From a phage: a DNA stretch of 64,000 nucleotides. The translations under genes were made by a program, and so were the position numbers. Below the pieces are notes generated by a model, which saw nothing but the letters and a program-made list of their open reading frames with translations, had not been told where the DNA came from and made no database searches. Each line of letters starts with the position of its first letter. The stretch's first letter is position 1. The DNA is taken from the sequence record PX853108.1; one strand, written 5' to 3'. Of this stretch, positions 8,602 through 19,289 are shown in pieces.

Positions 8602-10485
8602 ATGAACGAAATGTTCTCACAAGGTGGTAAAGGTTCAACTGGTATTCTTACCAATAAGCAAGCCATTGCCCGTAAGTTTGGTGTTAAGCAGAATGAAGTA
8701 GTCTACTTTTCTGTAGGTGTAGACTTAGGTGGATACAAAGTCATTTATGATAAGACTACTCAACGTGCTTACTCATTGCCCGTACTTCCAGTAGGAACCA
8801 CTGCTGTAAGTCTCAGTGAGCAGGCAGTCCTGGTTCATTCAGCAGGTACAGTTGATTTGGGTGAACTGGCTGCTACACGTAGGGAATTCGTAAGCCTGTC
8901 TGATACGTTTGCTACTGGTTTGGTAGTGAATACTCGAAATGAGATTCTGATGCATGATGGTATAGGTTATACCTATTTAGGTGCTCTACCTGTAACTATT
9001 GCCGCAGGAACTAACCCTGTCGGTAATTCTGACTGGAAGGCTCAGACAGACCCATATTTACGCACAGACTTGGCTAGTTCTGATGTAAACAAAGGCGCAT
9101 CGATTATCAACACTACTTCTGGTTTAAACGTTCAGGAGTCGCTAAACACCCTGAGGTTATCGGCTACCGCGAGTTCTATTTCGGCCAATCTGGCTTTAGG
9201 CTCCGCAAAAGTTATTGACTCCGTATCCAGTGCCGATTCTTTTATCCTCCCATCCTTCGCTACGTTAGAAGGGGGAGATAATTTCTTAACCGGCTTCATA
9301 GGAACCTCATACCAGAAAAACAAAACTATTCGTAAATCAAGTAATACAACTGTTACGTTAACAAACCAAGACCCCAGCGCTGGGAGTCAATCCGTGGACG
9401 CGGTTGTATACCAAGACCCGGCATGGCCAGGTGGCGCTGTATTTCCTCAAAAATCGGCATTAAAGCATATTACTATTGAGGGTAACTCTGCTGCTAACCC
9501 TAGTCAGGCCGGTTTTTTTGTATTACAAGGCGGAGTAGTTGACATTGAGAATGTGGATTTCATCAACTGCACCTATGCGATATGGGCTAAAGATATCTGG
9601 CAAAGCCGCATCTCCAGAGTATTCTCCAACAACGGAAAGATTCGCCTTGATAACGGTACGTCTGTTGTACTAACAGGATGTGGGTTGGCTTCTGCCGATA
9701 CTACAAGAACAGGCGCATTTGATCTTACGGGCATGAAGTATTCAACGCTTATTGGTTGTACATCAGACCATACTACCAATACTGCCTATTCATTCGATGC
9801 TTGTGAAGGAATTGTGCTGGACGCTTGCGGATGTGAGGGGGCCAACACCACAACAGCTAATTCTGGAACGGCTCTGGCTTTTAAAGATAACAATCATAAT
9901 ATAGTGGTCAACGCTTTCACATGTTTCCCGGTAGCTGACCAAGGCCCCGCTTTGATATCATTCGGTAGTAACAACCAGGTAACCCTAAACTCGTTCGAGG
10001 TTATACCAGGAATTACATATAATGGGGACATATACCTTTATGGGGCTAATTCTCATATCACTATAAACGGGGGACGCTTTGGTTCAGACGGCAATGCTAT
10101 GCCTATTGTAACGGCTTCGGCTAATGCCATTGGCTCCACTATAACATATCATCACCGCAGGGGTATTACGTATACATACACAGTAACAGCCGCAGGAATT
10201 GTAACTCCGGTACAACATTTCCGCCCTATTGTGTCTGCTGTTATTAACTCTGATGGTACTGTTAGAAGCGGTTTCGGCGTTAATAATGTAACTAAAAATA
10301 GCACAGGTTCTTACACTATTAATTTCACTAGTGAGATTGCCACGGGATATGCGATCCAACATTTATCCTCATTTGGATTTGTGCAGGTGAGCGTTTTCGA
10401 CTCAACAACACTAACGGTATTATTCCTTGACCCAAGCAAAACACCAACTGATACGGACTTCTCGGTTAATATAGCTGGCTGGTAA
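8602..10485 (+). CDS. Tailspike-like protein, pectate-lyase-like beta-helix (putative depolymerase)
   Basis: 627 aa; RBS AAGAGG; N-terminal module (nt ~8665-8866) shared with gene 5860-8547; Asn/Cys-rich repeats (ITIEGNSAA...VDIENVDFINCTYAIWAK...) suggest a right-handed beta-helix. Confidence 0.45.
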   Translation: MNEMFSQGGKGSTGILTNKQAIARKFGVKQNEVVYFSVGVDLGGYKVIYDKTTQRAYSLPVLPVGTTAVSLSEQAVLVHSAGTVDLGELAATRREFVSLSDTFATGLVVNTRNEILMHDGIGYTYLGALPVTIAAGTNPVGNSDWKAQTDPYLRTDLASSDVNKGASIINTTSGLNVQESLNTLRLSATASSISANLALGSAKVIDSVSSADSFILPSFATLEGGDNFLTGFIGTSYQKNKTIRKSSNTTVTLTNQDPSAGSQSVDAVVYQDPAWPGGAVFPQKSALKHITIEGNSAANPSQAGFFVLQGGVVDIENVDFINCTYAIWAKDIWQSRISRVFSNNGKIRLDNGTSVVLTGCGLASADTTRTGAFDLTGMKYSTLIGCTSDHTTNTAYSFDACEGIVLDACGCEGANTTTANSGTALAFKDNNHNIVVNAFTCFPVADQGPALISFGSNNQVTLNSFEVIPGITYNGDIYLYGANSHITINGGRFGSDGNAMPIVTASANAIGSTITYHHRRGITYTYTVTAAGIVTPVQHFRPIVSAVINSDGTVRSGFGVNNVTKNSTGSYTINFTSEIATGYAIQHLSSFGFVQVSVFDSTTLTVLFLDPSKTPTDTDFSVNIAGW

Positions 10486-10490
10486 AACTA

Positions 10491-10515
10491 AGGCCCCAAA
10501 GGGGGCCTTTCTTGT
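10491..10515 (+). terminator. Intrinsic terminator after the tailspike gene
   Basis: Stem AGGCCCC/GGGGCCT with AAAG loop followed by TTTCTTGT, 6 nt after the stop codon. Confidence 0.6.
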
Positions 10516-10741
10516 ATAGAGTTTACTGTTTGCATTACCCTAATAGATACTGCTGTTAGGGTGATTACTTGTCCGGATATGTTAAACATATCTAGCTGAA
10601 TACCATCCACCATGAATGGGTCTGTTGAACCAAGTGTGTATGTAGCTAATACATTGTCTCTGTTAGCAATGTCCGTACCTTGTACCTTAACACTAACATC
10701 TGAACATACTACTGTAGTTCCATTGGTTCATCTTGTTTGTG

Positions 10742-10777
10742 TTGCCATTCCCTTACCGTGCCAGCACTTCTTATAAT
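10742..10777 (+). promoter_or_regulatory. Candidate late promoter (perfect -10 TATAAT, no convincing -35)
   Basis: TATAAT at 10772-10777 in a ~380 bp ORF-free gap about 115 nt upstream of the lysis cassette; a missing -35 fits N4-type late promoters, which depend on the phage SSB. Confidence 0.2.
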
Positions 10778-10892
10778 AGTTCCTAGGGCAGACACTATGT
10801 CTGGATGTACCTCATCATACTAAGTATTATCTAATGGTCATCTTATGATATGACCCTATTGGGGTTCCTAACTACACAACTACGGTAATATT

Positions 10893-11222
10893 ATGAATGA
10901 ATCGGGTGAACTGCTTCTAGTCAGACTGGAGGAACGATTGAAGACTCTGTTTGATAACCAGGCAAGAGACAGACAGGACCGTGAGAAACTGGAGGAAACT
11001 CTGGTAGAACTACGGGATTCAATCAATGACATAGGTAATAGATTAAAGAATGTGGAGGATAGCTTAGCTAAGAATGAACCTACTATTGAAGAGTTCATCA
11101 CCATTAAGCATAAAGTTGTTGGTGCTGGAATTTTTGGTAAGTGGGTATGGGCTGGGGCAGGTGCAATTATCGGTGTATTAGCTGCTGCAAGACGGGAGAT
11201 ATTCGCATGGTTCGCAGGCTGA
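10893..11222 (+). CDS. Membrane-anchored coiled-coil protein (lysis-associated; antiholin/holin-like)
   Basis: 109 aa; charged coiled-coil N-terminus and one C-terminal hydrophobic Gly/Ala-rich segment (VVGAGIFGKWVWAGAGAIIGVLAAA); first gene of the lysis cluster. Confidence 0.35.
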   Translation: MNESGELLLVRLEERLKTLFDNQARDRQDREKLEETLVELRDSINDIGNRLKNVEDSLAKNEPTIEEFITIKHKVVGAGIFGKWVWAGAGAIIGVLAAARREIFAWFAG

Positions 11223-11467
11223 GAAGAAAAGTAGAGTTAGTACCCAACTGGAAAAGGTGCTGGAAGTGGGCATCCATTCAGATTAGTACCGTTGGCTTAA
11301 TTTTATTTTCTGCCATAGATATTATCCAACCAATGATGACAGGATTACCTCGTCACATCCTGGAAGATATTCCCCATGGTTCCAATATTGCAATTGCACT
11401 GTTTGCCTTGAACATCATAGGCAGATTAATACGATTCCGACCAAAGGAAGATTCTCATGAAAGCTAA
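11207..11467 (+). CDS. Holin candidate (two predicted TM segments)
   Basis: ORF 11141-11467 trimmed to ATG 11207, which overlaps the upstream stop; two hydrophobic segments; stop overlaps the endolysin start (ATGA). Confidence 0.4.
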   Translation: MVRRLRRKVELVPNWKRCWKWASIQISTVGLILFSAIDIIQPMMTGLPRHILEDIPHGSNIAIALFALNIIGRLIRFRPKEDSHES

Positions 11468-12092
11468 ACAGAAACTTGCTGCGAAAGGTGGTGCAGTGGG
11501 AGGAGTTGTCGCTGCTATCCTGGGGGCAGTGTTTTATATGGAAGGGGGATATGTAAACAATCCTCGTGACCCAGGTGGTGAAACTAATCATGGTATTACC
11601 CAAGCAGTAGCTAAGACCCACAAAGAAGTTCTGGCTACTGAATACGGTTGGGATGGTTCTATGAAAGGTTTATCTAAAGAGATGGCTGCTGAGATATACA
11701 TTGATGACTACGTACTTAAGCCTAACTTCGTAGCCTTCGCTGATATATCTCCTGCTGTAACACATAAGCTGGTAGATGCTGGTGTTAACACTGGTGTAAC
11801 CCGTCCTGCTAAGTGGTTGCAATTATCTCTTAATGAGATGTCCCGTAATGGCAAAGACTACCCTAAAATACAGGTTGATGGTAAAGTCGGTACAAGTACT
11901 GTTAATGCATATAAAGCATTACAGAAAAAACGAGGCAAAGTTGAAGCATGTAAAGTAATGATTAAGTTACTTGATGCTAAACAACTGAACCACTACACCT
12001 CATTAAACATGCCAGACTTTACGTATGGTTGGGTAGCTAACCGAATAGGCAATGTGCCACTGGAGGCATGTAATGAAGATGCTAATCTCTAA
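11457..12092 (+). CDS. SAR-type endolysin, N-acetylmuramidase (GH108-like)
   Basis: 211 aa; N-terminal weak Gly/Ala-rich hydrophobic segment (signal-anchor-release-like) followed by EGGYVNNPRDPGGETNHGIT, the EGGY catalytic motif of GH108 muramidases; RBS AAAGGAAG. Confidence 0.75.
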   Translation: MKAKQKLAAKGGAVGGVVAAILGAVFYMEGGYVNNPRDPGGETNHGITQAVAKTHKEVLATEYGWDGSMKGLSKEMAAEIYIDDYVLKPNFVAFADISPAVTHKLVDAGVNTGVTRPAKWLQLSLNEMSRNGKDYPKIQVDGKVGTSTVNAYKALQKKRGKVEACKVMIKLLDAKQLNHYTSLNMPDFTYGWVANRIGNVPLEACNEDANL

Positions 12093-12579
12093 AGGTTGGC
12101 CTTATCTTCTGGTGGTGGTCCTAGGGGCCACCATTTACTTTTGGGGTAATTCCAATGGACAGTCTACTGTTCAAAAGAAGTGGGATGACCAAAAGGTTGA
12201 AGATCAGAAGGCAATGCAAAAACTACAGGACAAATACAATGCTCTCCAAAGAAACCATAGTTATGAAGTCGGGTTACTCACTTCCCGGTTGCAGACGGCT
12301 GAGAGTAATTACGCAAGCGAGCTTGCTCGCGTTAGCAATGATTACGACAGCCGGATGCAACAGTCTGAAAGACGAGCATCGGTATATAAACGTCAAGCCG
12401 AAGCCGGAACCTTTGAGTGCAGAAGTCTTGCAAGCCATGCAGCCAGACTCGACAACAGTCTTGAAGAAGGCAGACGTTTGGTTGAAGAACTCCGGGCAAC
12501 TGTTAGACTCCGTGACAGCCAACTAATTGAGTTGGGTAAACAGATTCAGGCTGACCGTAAACTTTTTGAACAGGAATAA
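12073..12579 (+). CDS. i-spanin (Rz-like)
   Basis: ORF 12052-12579 trimmed to ATG 12073 (GGAGG at 6 nt); N-terminal TM helix then long charged coiled-coil; directly follows the endolysin. Confidence 0.55.
   Translation: MKMLISKGWPYLLVVVLGATIYFWGNSNGQSTVQKKWDDQKVEDQKAMQKLQDKYNALQRNHSYEVGLLTSRLQTAESNYASELARVSNDYDSRMQQSERRASVYKRQAEAGTFECRSLASHAARLDNSLEEGRRLVEELRATVRLRDSQLIELGKQIQADRKLFEQE
12263..12526 (+). CDS. o-spanin (Rz1-like), embedded in the +1 frame of the i-spanin gene
   Basis: Within ORF 12155-12526: hydrophobic leader ending in lipobox-like TTAGC, then proline-rich mature region ([11 protein letters not shown]); start codon uncertain (12239 or 12263). Confidence 0.45.
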   Translation: MKSGYSLPGCRRLRVITQASLLALAMITTAGCNSLKDEHRYINVKPKPEPLSAEVLQAMQPDSTTVLKKADVWLKNSGQLLDSVTAN

Positions 12580-12581
12580 CT

Positions 12582-14852
12582 ATGGAACACCAAGACACTT
12601 TTAAGCCTTTACCAGACCCGGCTCAATCAGAGAAGTTAACGGACTGGAAGAAGGAACCAAGTATCCAATTGCTGAAAGGTGATTTGGAATCGGCTAAACC
12701 TGCTCACGATGCAATCATGGCTCAGATTCGTGAGTGGAATGATTTAATGGAAGTTAAGGGTAAGGCTAAACCCCCAAAGGTTAAAGGACGTTCGCAAGTC
12801 CAACCTAGACTGGTTCGCCGTCAGGCAGAATGGCGTTATGCACCATTGTCTGAACCATTCCTCTCATCCAATAAACTCTTTAAGGTAACTCCTGTTACTT
12901 TTGAAGATGAGTTAGCTGCACGTCAGAATGAATTAGTTCTTAACTACCAATTCCGTACCCAGCTTAATAAAGTAAAACTAGTGGATGATTACGTACACAG
13001 TGTCGTAGATGACGGTACTGGTATTGCTCGTATTGGTTGGGAACGTAAGACTGTTAAGATTAAAACAGAAACCCCAGTCTTCCAGTTGTATCCAATTGAG
13101 AACCAGGAACAAGCAGATATTCTTCAGCAGGCTTTACAGCTTCAGGCAGAGAATCCTCGTGAGTATGATGAAACAATGCCGGAAGATATTAAGGAAGCTG
13201 TTAACTACTTCAATGAAACTGGAGAAGCTACCTATGCAATCCAGACAGGTGTTACTGAAGTAGAAGTTGAAAAAGCATTGGTTAACAGACCTACTGTTGA
13301 AATGCTTAATCCTAATAACGTAGTCATTGACCCAAGCTGTAATGGTGATTTGGATAAAGCTCTGTATGCAGTTATCTCATTTGAGACTTGCAAAGCAGAC
13401 CTCATGAAGAACAAGGACCGTTATCACAACCTGGATAAGATTGACTGGGAAAGTTCTAGTCCTATGACTGACCCAGACCATGAAAGTAAAACTCCTGGTG
13501 ACTTCCAGTTTAAGGATGCACTTCGTAAGAAAGTCATTGCTTATGAATACTGGGGATTCTACGACATTAATGATGATGGTTCACTGGAACCAATTGTTGC
13601 TACCTGGATTGGTTCTACCCTTATTCGTATGGAGAAGAACCCATTCCCTGACGGTAAGTTACCGTTGGTAGTTGTTCCTTACATGCCCCGTAAACGCGAA
13701 CTCTACGGTGAAGCTGATGCTGAACTGTTAGGAGATAACCAAGCAATTCTTGGTGCAACTATGCGTGGGATGATTGACCTATTAGGTAGAAGTGCAAACG
13801 GTCAACGTGGTTATCCTAAAGGGATGTTAGATACCCTGAACCGACGTCGATATGATGATGGACAAGACTATGAGTACAACCCAATGCAGGGCAATCCTAG
13901 TCAGGCCATTATGGAGCACAAGTTCCCGGAATTACCTCAGTCAGCAATAGTAATGACTCAGATGCAGAACCAGGAAGCAGAAGCACTAACTGGTGTTAAA
14001 GCATTCTCTGGTGGTGTAACTGGTGCAGCTTACGGAGATGTGGCTGCTGGTATTCGTGGTGCACTTGATGCAGCATCCAAACGTGAGATGGCAATTCTTC
14101 GCCGATTAGCTAAAGGTATGGCAGACATTGGTACTAAGATTTGTGCAATGAATGCTGTGTTCTTATCTGAGAAAGAAGTAGTACGTATTACTAATGAACA
14201 GTATGTAGAAATTAACCGAGAAGACCTTAAAGGTAATTTCGATATTGAGGTTGATATTAATACTGCTGAAATTGATAACCAGAAATCCCAGGACTTGAGC
14301 TTCATGGTTCAAACATTAGGTAATACAGTTGACCAGACTATTACGTTATCTCTTGTAGCTAAGATTGCAGAACTTAAACGTATGCCAGACCTTGCACATG
14401 AATTACGTACCTGGAAACCACAACCAGACCCTATGGAAGAACAGCTTAAGCAATTAGCAATTCAGAAAGCACAGCTTGAGAATGAAGAGTTGAAAAGTAA
14501 GATTGCACTTAATAATGCTAAGGCTAAAGAAACTATTTCTAGTGGTGACCTTAAAGACCTGGATTATCTGGAACAAGAATCTGGTACTAAACATGCTCGT
14601 GATATGGAAAAACAAAAAGCACAATCTCAAGGAAACCAGAACCTTCAAATAACTAAGGCGTTGACAACACCTACTAAAGAAGGTGAAACTACCCCCAACA
14701 TATCTGCTGCTGTCGGATATAACGCTTTGACTAACGGGAACTCTTTACAGGAACGTGACTTAGCTGCACAGCAAGACCCGACTTATTCACTAAGTTCCCA
14801 GTATTATGACCCTAGCCAAGACCCAGCATCGGCTCTTGGTATGAACTTATAA
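12582..14852 (+). CDS. Portal protein
   Basis: 756 aa; RBS AGGAA; size and position (lysis cassette upstream, scaffold and capsid downstream) match N4-type portal. Confidence 0.65.
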   Translation: MEHQDTFKPLPDPAQSEKLTDWKKEPSIQLLKGDLESAKPAHDAIMAQIREWNDLMEVKGKAKPPKVKGRSQVQPRLVRRQAEWRYAPLSEPFLSSNKLFKVTPVTFEDELAARQNELVLNYQFRTQLNKVKLVDDYVHSVVDDGTGIARIGWERKTVKIKTETPVFQLYPIENQEQADILQQALQLQAENPREYDETMPEDIKEAVNYFNETGEATYAIQTGVTEVEVEKALVNRPTVEMLNPNNVVIDPSCNGDLDKALYAVISFETCKADLMKNKDRYHNLDKIDWESSSPMTDPDHESKTPGDFQFKDALRKKVIAYEYWGFYDINDDGSLEPIVATWIGSTLIRMEKNPFPDGKLPLVVVPYMPRKRELYGEADAELLGDNQAILGATMRGMIDLLGRSANGQRGYPKGMLDTLNRRRYDDGQDYEYNPMQGNPSQAIMEHKFPELPQSAIVMTQMQNQEAEALTGVKAFSGGVTGAAYGDVAAGIRGALDAASKREMAILRRLAKGMADIGTKICAMNAVFLSEKEVVRITNEQYVEINREDLKGNFDIEVDINTAEIDNQKSQDLSFMVQTLGNTVDQTITLSLVAKIAELKRMPDLAHELRTWKPQPDPMEEQLKQLAIQKAQLENEELKSKIALNNAKAKETISSGDLKDLDYLEQESGTKHARDMEKQKAQSQGNQNLQITKALTTPTKEGETTPNISAAVGYNALTNGNSLQERDLAAQQDPTYSLSSQYYDPSQDPASALGMNL

Positions 14853-14865
14853 GGCAGACCTTCAC

Positions 14866-15210
14866 ATGAGTAAAGAATCAACAATCGCAGGACTGGAACA
14901 TCGACTGGAAGCTGCTAAAGGTGCAGTTGCACATGCAGAAGATGTACGTAAACTTCTGGAGAATCCACTGTTCCGTAAAGTAATCCTTCGTCAGTTCTGT
15001 GTAGAAGATTGTGCACGTTACGTGCAGGAGTCTGGTGACCCACTGCTTGAACCTAATAACCGTGCAGATGCACTCAACATGGCTCAAGCTGCTGGTCACT
15101 TACGTCGTTGGCTCGACCTCGCCATTCGTATGGGTGAGAATGAAGCTGACGTTATTCTACAGGTAGAAGAAGAACTCGACGCAGTTCGTGCTGAACCTGA
15201 AGACGAATAA
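14866..15210 (+). CDS. Hypothetical head-assembly-region protein
   Basis: 114 aa ORF between portal and scaffold-like gene; no recognised motif. Confidence 0.35.
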   Translation: MSKESTIAGLEHRLEAAKGAVAHAEDVRKLLENPLFRKVILRQFCVEDCARYVQESGDPLLEPNNRADALNMAQAAGHLRRWLDLAIRMGENEADVILQVEEELDAVRAEPEDE

Positions 15211-15229
15211 TTAACCGGAGATATTTCTT

Positions 15230-16450
15230 ATGACTACGGAAGCTGCAACCACAGCTTCCGACATTCTCGCAATGTCGGATGATGAGATTCTGAATATGGA
15301 AGCCCCAGCTATTATTGCTGAGGAAGATACTTCCACTCAGAACAACCCAGAAACCAACGGCGTACAGACTCCTGATGAAGAAGTTGACACCTCTGCTGTT
15401 GAAGACCTACCAACCGAAGAAACCTCCCCTGAAACTGATCCAGATGAAGATGATTCAGCAAATTCTTTAACTTCTGATAAAGTTGATGATAAAGTTGTTG
15501 ACACAGAAGTTGATAGTAACGGTAAGCCGATTACTGAAGCTGAACCTTCTACTACTGAACCAGGCCAGGAACAGAAAGAAGAAGGCAAACAGTCTGAAGG
15601 TCTGCCTGCTGACTTCAACTATAAGGAAGGTTATGAGAAGTTGATGGCTCCTTTTAAAGCTAACGGCAAAATGATTACTCCCCGTTCTCCGGAGGAGGCC
15701 ATTAGCCTGATGCAGATGGGTGCTAACTATACTCGTAAGATGCAAGAACTTCAGCCGTACCGTAAGGTAATGCTGATGTTACAGAACAACGGTTTAATGG
15801 ATGAGGAAAAACTTTCTTTCCTGATTGACCTGGATAAGAAGAATCCTGAAGCCATTAAAAAGTTGTTGAAAGACTCTGGTACAGATCCTCTGGACTTTAA
15901 TCCTGATGAGGAAATTAACTACCAGGGTGGCAATTACCGTGTTACAGACACCGAAGCAGATTTTGCAACCGAAATTGACGACTTAAAGTCTACTCAAGAA
16001 GGACAAGCTACATTAGGTGTTATTAGCTCGACATGGGATGCTGCCAGTAAAGATGCTCTTTATCAGAATCGTGGCTTACTCCACACCATTCACGAACAAC
16101 GTGAGAATGGTATTTATGACACCATTGCTAACGAAGTGAATCGTCTTCAGGTGTTGGGTCAGATTCCGGTAGGTACTCCGTTTATTCAGGCTTATAACTA
16201 CGTTGGTAACCTCCTTGCACAACAGGGAGCATTTAACCAAGTGGCTAAGCCTGAGCCAGTACAAGCAGTTAAACCAGCTGTTCAGCCGGTAGTGCGTGTA
16301 GCACGACCTAAGCAGACTCTGGCTAATAACGAGCAAGCTAAAGCAGCTTCCCTTAATCGGGCTGCTACACGTAAAGCAACACCTATTGTAAACCCACTCG
16401 CTATGAGTGATGAAGATTTCGCTAAACTCCCAGTACCGGGTAGTCTTTAA
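15230..16450 (+). CDS. Scaffolding-like protein (highly acidic N-terminus)
   Basis: 406 aa; RBS GGAG; Asp/Glu/Thr-rich low-complexity N-terminal ~130 aa, then helical region; immediately upstream of the capsid gene. Confidence 0.45.
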   Translation: MTTEAATTASDILAMSDDEILNMEAPAIIAEEDTSTQNNPETNGVQTPDEEVDTSAVEDLPTEETSPETDPDEDDSANSLTSDKVDDKVVDTEVDSNGKPITEAEPSTTEPGQEQKEEGKQSEGLPADFNYKEGYEKLMAPFKANGKMITPRSPEEAISLMQMGANYTRKMQELQPYRKVMLMLQNNGLMDEEKLSFLIDLDKKNPEAIKKLLKDSGTDPLDFNPDEEINYQGGNYRVTDTEADFATEIDDLKSTQEGQATLGVISSTWDAASKDALYQNRGLLHTIHEQRENGIYDTIANEVNRLQVLGQIPVGTPFIQAYNYVGNLLAQQGAFNQVAKPEPVQAVKPAVQPVVRVARPKQTLANNEQAKAASLNRAATRKATPIVNPLAMSDEDFAKLPVPGSL

Positions 16451-16466
16451 ACAGGAATGAGATGAT

Positions 16467-17669
16467 ATGTTAAACTATAACGCTCCAATTGACGGTCAGA
16501 AATCTAGCATTGATGGTGCTGGTTCCGACCAGATGAATACCTATTACTGGCTGAAGAAAGCTATTATTCAGTCCCGTAAAGACCAGTATTTTATGCCTCT
16601 GGCTAACACCGTTAACATGCCGAAGAACTACGGTAAGACTGTTAAGGTGTATGAGTACGTTCCTCTGCTCGATGATAAGAACATTAACGACCAGGGCATT
16701 GATGCTAATGGTGCTACCATCGTTAACGGTAACCTGTACGGTTCTTCTAAAGACGTTGGTAACATCACTTCTAAACTGCCCCTGCTGTCAGAGAATGGTG
16801 GTCGAGTTAACCGCGTAGGTTTTACTCGTCTGGCTCGTGAAGGCTCTATTCATAAGTTCGGTTTCTTCTACGAATTTACCCAAGAGTCTCTGGACTTCGA
16901 TTCTGATGACCAACTGAAAGAACATCTGTCCCGTGAACTGATGAACGGTGCCGTACAGTTGACTGAAGCTGTTCTCCAGAAAGACCTGCTGGCTGCTGCC
17001 GGTACTGTACTGTATGCAGGTGCTGCTGTCTCTGATGCTACCATCACCGGTGAAGGTTCTACCCCGTCTGTAGTTTCTTATAAGAACCTAATGCGTCTTG
17101 ACCAGATTCTTACTGAGAACCGTACTCCGACCCAGACTACTATCATCACTGGTTCTAAACTGACAGATACCAAAGTACTTGGTGGTACTCGTGTAATGTA
17201 CGTTGGTTCTGAACTGGTTCCAGAACTGAAAGCGATGAAAGACCTGTTCGGTAACAAAGCATTCATCGAAGTTCAGCACTATGCTGATGCTGGTACTCTG
17301 ATGAATGGTGAAATCGGTTGTATTGATAAGTTCCGTATTATCCAGGTTCCTGAGATGCTGCATTGGGCAGGTGCTGGTGCACAGGTTGGCACTAACCCTG
17401 GCTACCGTTCTTCCATGGTTGGTGGTCAGGAACACTACGACGTATTCCCGATGCTGGTAGTTGGTGATGACTCCTTCTCTACCATTGGCTTCCAGACTGA
17501 TGGTAAGTCTGTTAAGTTCACCATCATGACTAAGATGCCGGGTAAAGAAACTGCTGACCGTAATGACCCGTATGGTGAAACTGGCTTCAGTTCTATCAAG
17601 TGGTACTATGGTATCCTGGTTAAACGTCCAGAACGTCTGGCTCTGATTAAGACTGTTGCTCCTCTGTAA
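16467..17669 (+). CDS. Major capsid protein
   Basis: 400 aa; follows the scaffold-like gene and is followed by a strong hairpin; codon usage looks highly expressed. Size and position match N4-type MCP. Confidence 0.65.
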   Translation: MLNYNAPIDGQKSSIDGAGSDQMNTYYWLKKAIIQSRKDQYFMPLANTVNMPKNYGKTVKVYEYVPLLDDKNINDQGIDANGATIVNGNLYGSSKDVGNITSKLPLLSENGGRVNRVGFTRLAREGSIHKFGFFYEFTQESLDFDSDDQLKEHLSRELMNGAVQLTEAVLQKDLLAAAGTVLYAGAAVSDATITGEGSTPSVVSYKNLMRLDQILTENRTPTQTTIITGSKLTDTKVLGGTRVMYVGSELVPELKAMKDLFGNKAFIEVQHYADAGTLMNGEIGCIDKFRIIQVPEMLHWAGAGAQVGTNPGYRSSMVGGQEHYDVFPMLVVGDDSFSTIGFQTDGKSVKFTIMTKMPGKETADRNDPYGETGFSSIKWYYGILVKRPERLALIKTVAPL

Positions 17670-17686
17670 TAGTCCGAAATAAAACA

Positions 17687-17706
17687 AGGGGGACATAAGT
17701 CCCCCT
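17687..17706. terminator. GC-rich hairpin after the capsid gene (terminator or RNA-stability element)
   Basis: Stem AGGGGGAC/GTCCCCCT with ATAA loop; the U-tract is on the minus-strand side (TGTTTTATTT), so the plus-strand terminator role is uncertain. Confidence 0.4.
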
Positions 17707-17736
17707 CTTAATAAAACTAAATGAACCACAGGAAAT

Positions 17737-18375
17737 ATGAACATGAGCATTAACGATAAACCGACCACTGACGTAGAAGTAAACGTACAGGGCAACGAAG
17801 ATACCGTTAACGATATTGCAATGCCTAGCGAACTTGAAGTTCTTAAGCAACGTGCAACGTTGATGAATATCAAGTTCTCTAACAACATTTCCGTTGAAAA
17901 GCTTCGTGAGAAGATTGAAGCTGCACAGGTAAAAGATGAACCAGTAGTAGAAGCTGCTGTTAATCCACTGGGTGCTAACCAAGAAGCTGGTGTTAAGAAG
18001 ATGACTCTGGGTCAGAAGATTCGTGCAGAACAGACTCGACTGATTCGTGTACGTATCCAGAACCTTGACCCTAAGAAGAAAGACCTGCCTGGTGAGATTA
18101 TCACCGTAGCTAACGAATACATGGGTACTGTACGTAAGTTTGTTCCGTTCGGTGAAGTAACCGACAATGGTTATCATATTCCGTACTGTATCTACGAGTT
18201 CCTTAAAGAGCGTAAGTTTATCAACATTACGACCCGTAAAGGTAAGAATGGCTTACCGGATATCCGTGCAACAGAAGCACGCGAGTTCTCCATTGAAGTA
18301 CTGCCTCCGTTGACTGAAGCTGAATTAGCTCAACTGGCTCAAGCACAGATTGCTGCTGGTAGCCTTAACGATTAA
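17737..18375 (+). CDS. Virion structural protein
   Basis: 212 aa; RBS AGGAAAT; located between capsid gene and a terminator. Confidence 0.4.
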   Translation: MNMSINDKPTTDVEVNVQGNEDTVNDIAMPSELEVLKQRATLMNIKFSNNISVEKLREKIEAAQVKDEPVVEAAVNPLGANQEAGVKKMTLGQKIRAEQTRLIRVRIQNLDPKKKDLPGEIITVANEYMGTVRKFVPFGEVTDNGYHIPYCIYEFLKERKFINITTRKGKNGLPDIRATEAREFSIEVLPPLTEAELAQLAQAQIAAGSLND

Positions 18376-18396
18376 CGTATAAGCTACAGTTCAACA

Positions 18397-18433
18397 CGGC
18401 TCACTGGGGTAACTCCGTGGGCCGTTTCTTTTT
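18397..18433 (+). terminator. Intrinsic terminator
   Basis: Stem CGGCTCAC/GTGGGCCG (one G-U pair) followed by TTTCTTTTT. Confidence 0.6.
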
Positions 18434-18445
18434 GAACCAAGAGGA

Positions 18446-19288
18446 ATGATTATGTCTTGTTCTGCTGAGGTAGAAGCTAACCGACTCTTAGAAGAGTTAA
18501 CTAAGGGTGATGACTTTACCCTTCCTGATATTGATATGTCCGGTCCTGAATGGGATATACCTGGTGGAGATGCTTCTCCAATCTTTGGTGCTATTTCTAA
18601 AGTAACTAATGAATCCCTTACTACCCGTGAAGTAGGTGGCAGTGGTACGTTTGATGCATTAATGGAATCTGCACACAATCACCTTAAGGCTGAGTTTAAG
18701 GCTAACCGTATTACTGGTGGTGAATATACCAAAGCATACATTGCTATGATGGAATCCTGCATGAGTAATGCTGTTCAGTTCTTACTTGGCCGTGACCAGG
18801 CATACTGGGCTGCTGCACTGGCACAGATTCAGGCAGTTACTGCTCGTGTTACATTGGCAACTTCTAAAGCACAGTTTGTACTGGCTAAGATTCAGGCACT
18901 GTCTGCTAAGAGTGAATATGCTCTTACTAAGATGAAGATTGCTACTGAGTCTGAGACATACTGTGCTGCATTGTTTAACGCCAGTCAGATGTTACCTCAA
19001 CAGCTTAAGCTGGTTACTGAGCAAACCGAATCACAACGTGCACAGACACTAGATACACGTAGTGATGGTGCTACTGTTACTGGTTCTGTAGGTAAACAGA
19101 AAGAACTGTACTCCCAACAGATTACTTCTTACCAACGTGATGCAGAGGTTAAGGCATCTAAGCTGTTTACTGATGCATGGATTACTCAGAAGACTATTGA
19201 TGAAGGCTTGAACCCACCAAATGGTTTCACTAACGCAAGTATTGATACCATTCTGGCCAAGCTGAAGTCTAACAACGGGCTGAACTAA
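18446..19288 (+). CDS. Virion structural protein
   Basis: 280 aa; RBS AAGAGGAA; Ala/Gln-rich helical sequence; structural block context. Confidence 0.4.
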   Translation: MIMSCSAEVEANRLLEELTKGDDFTLPDIDMSGPEWDIPGGDASPIFGAISKVTNESLTTREVGGSGTFDALMESAHNHLKAEFKANRITGGEYTKAYIAMMESCMSNAVQFLLGRDQAYWAAALAQIQAVTARVTLATSKAQFVLAKIQALSAKSEYALTKMKIATESETYCAALFNASQMLPQQLKLVTEQTESQRAQTLDTRSDGATVTGSVGKQKELYSQQITSYQRDAEVKASKLFTDAWITQKTIDEGLNPPNGFTNASIDTILAKLKSNNGLN

Positions 19289-19289
19289 T

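Noticed and set aside
10880-11104. 74-aa minus-strand ORF overlapping the first lysis-cluster gene
   Set aside because: The plus-strand ORF has a coherent coiled-coil plus TM architecture and operon context; the minus ORF is Ser/Leu-rich low complexity.
17088-18177. Two long minus-strand ORFs (266 and 176 aa) over the capsid gene region
   Set aside because: Antisense to the major capsid and downstream structural genes; composition typical of reverse-strand artefacts.
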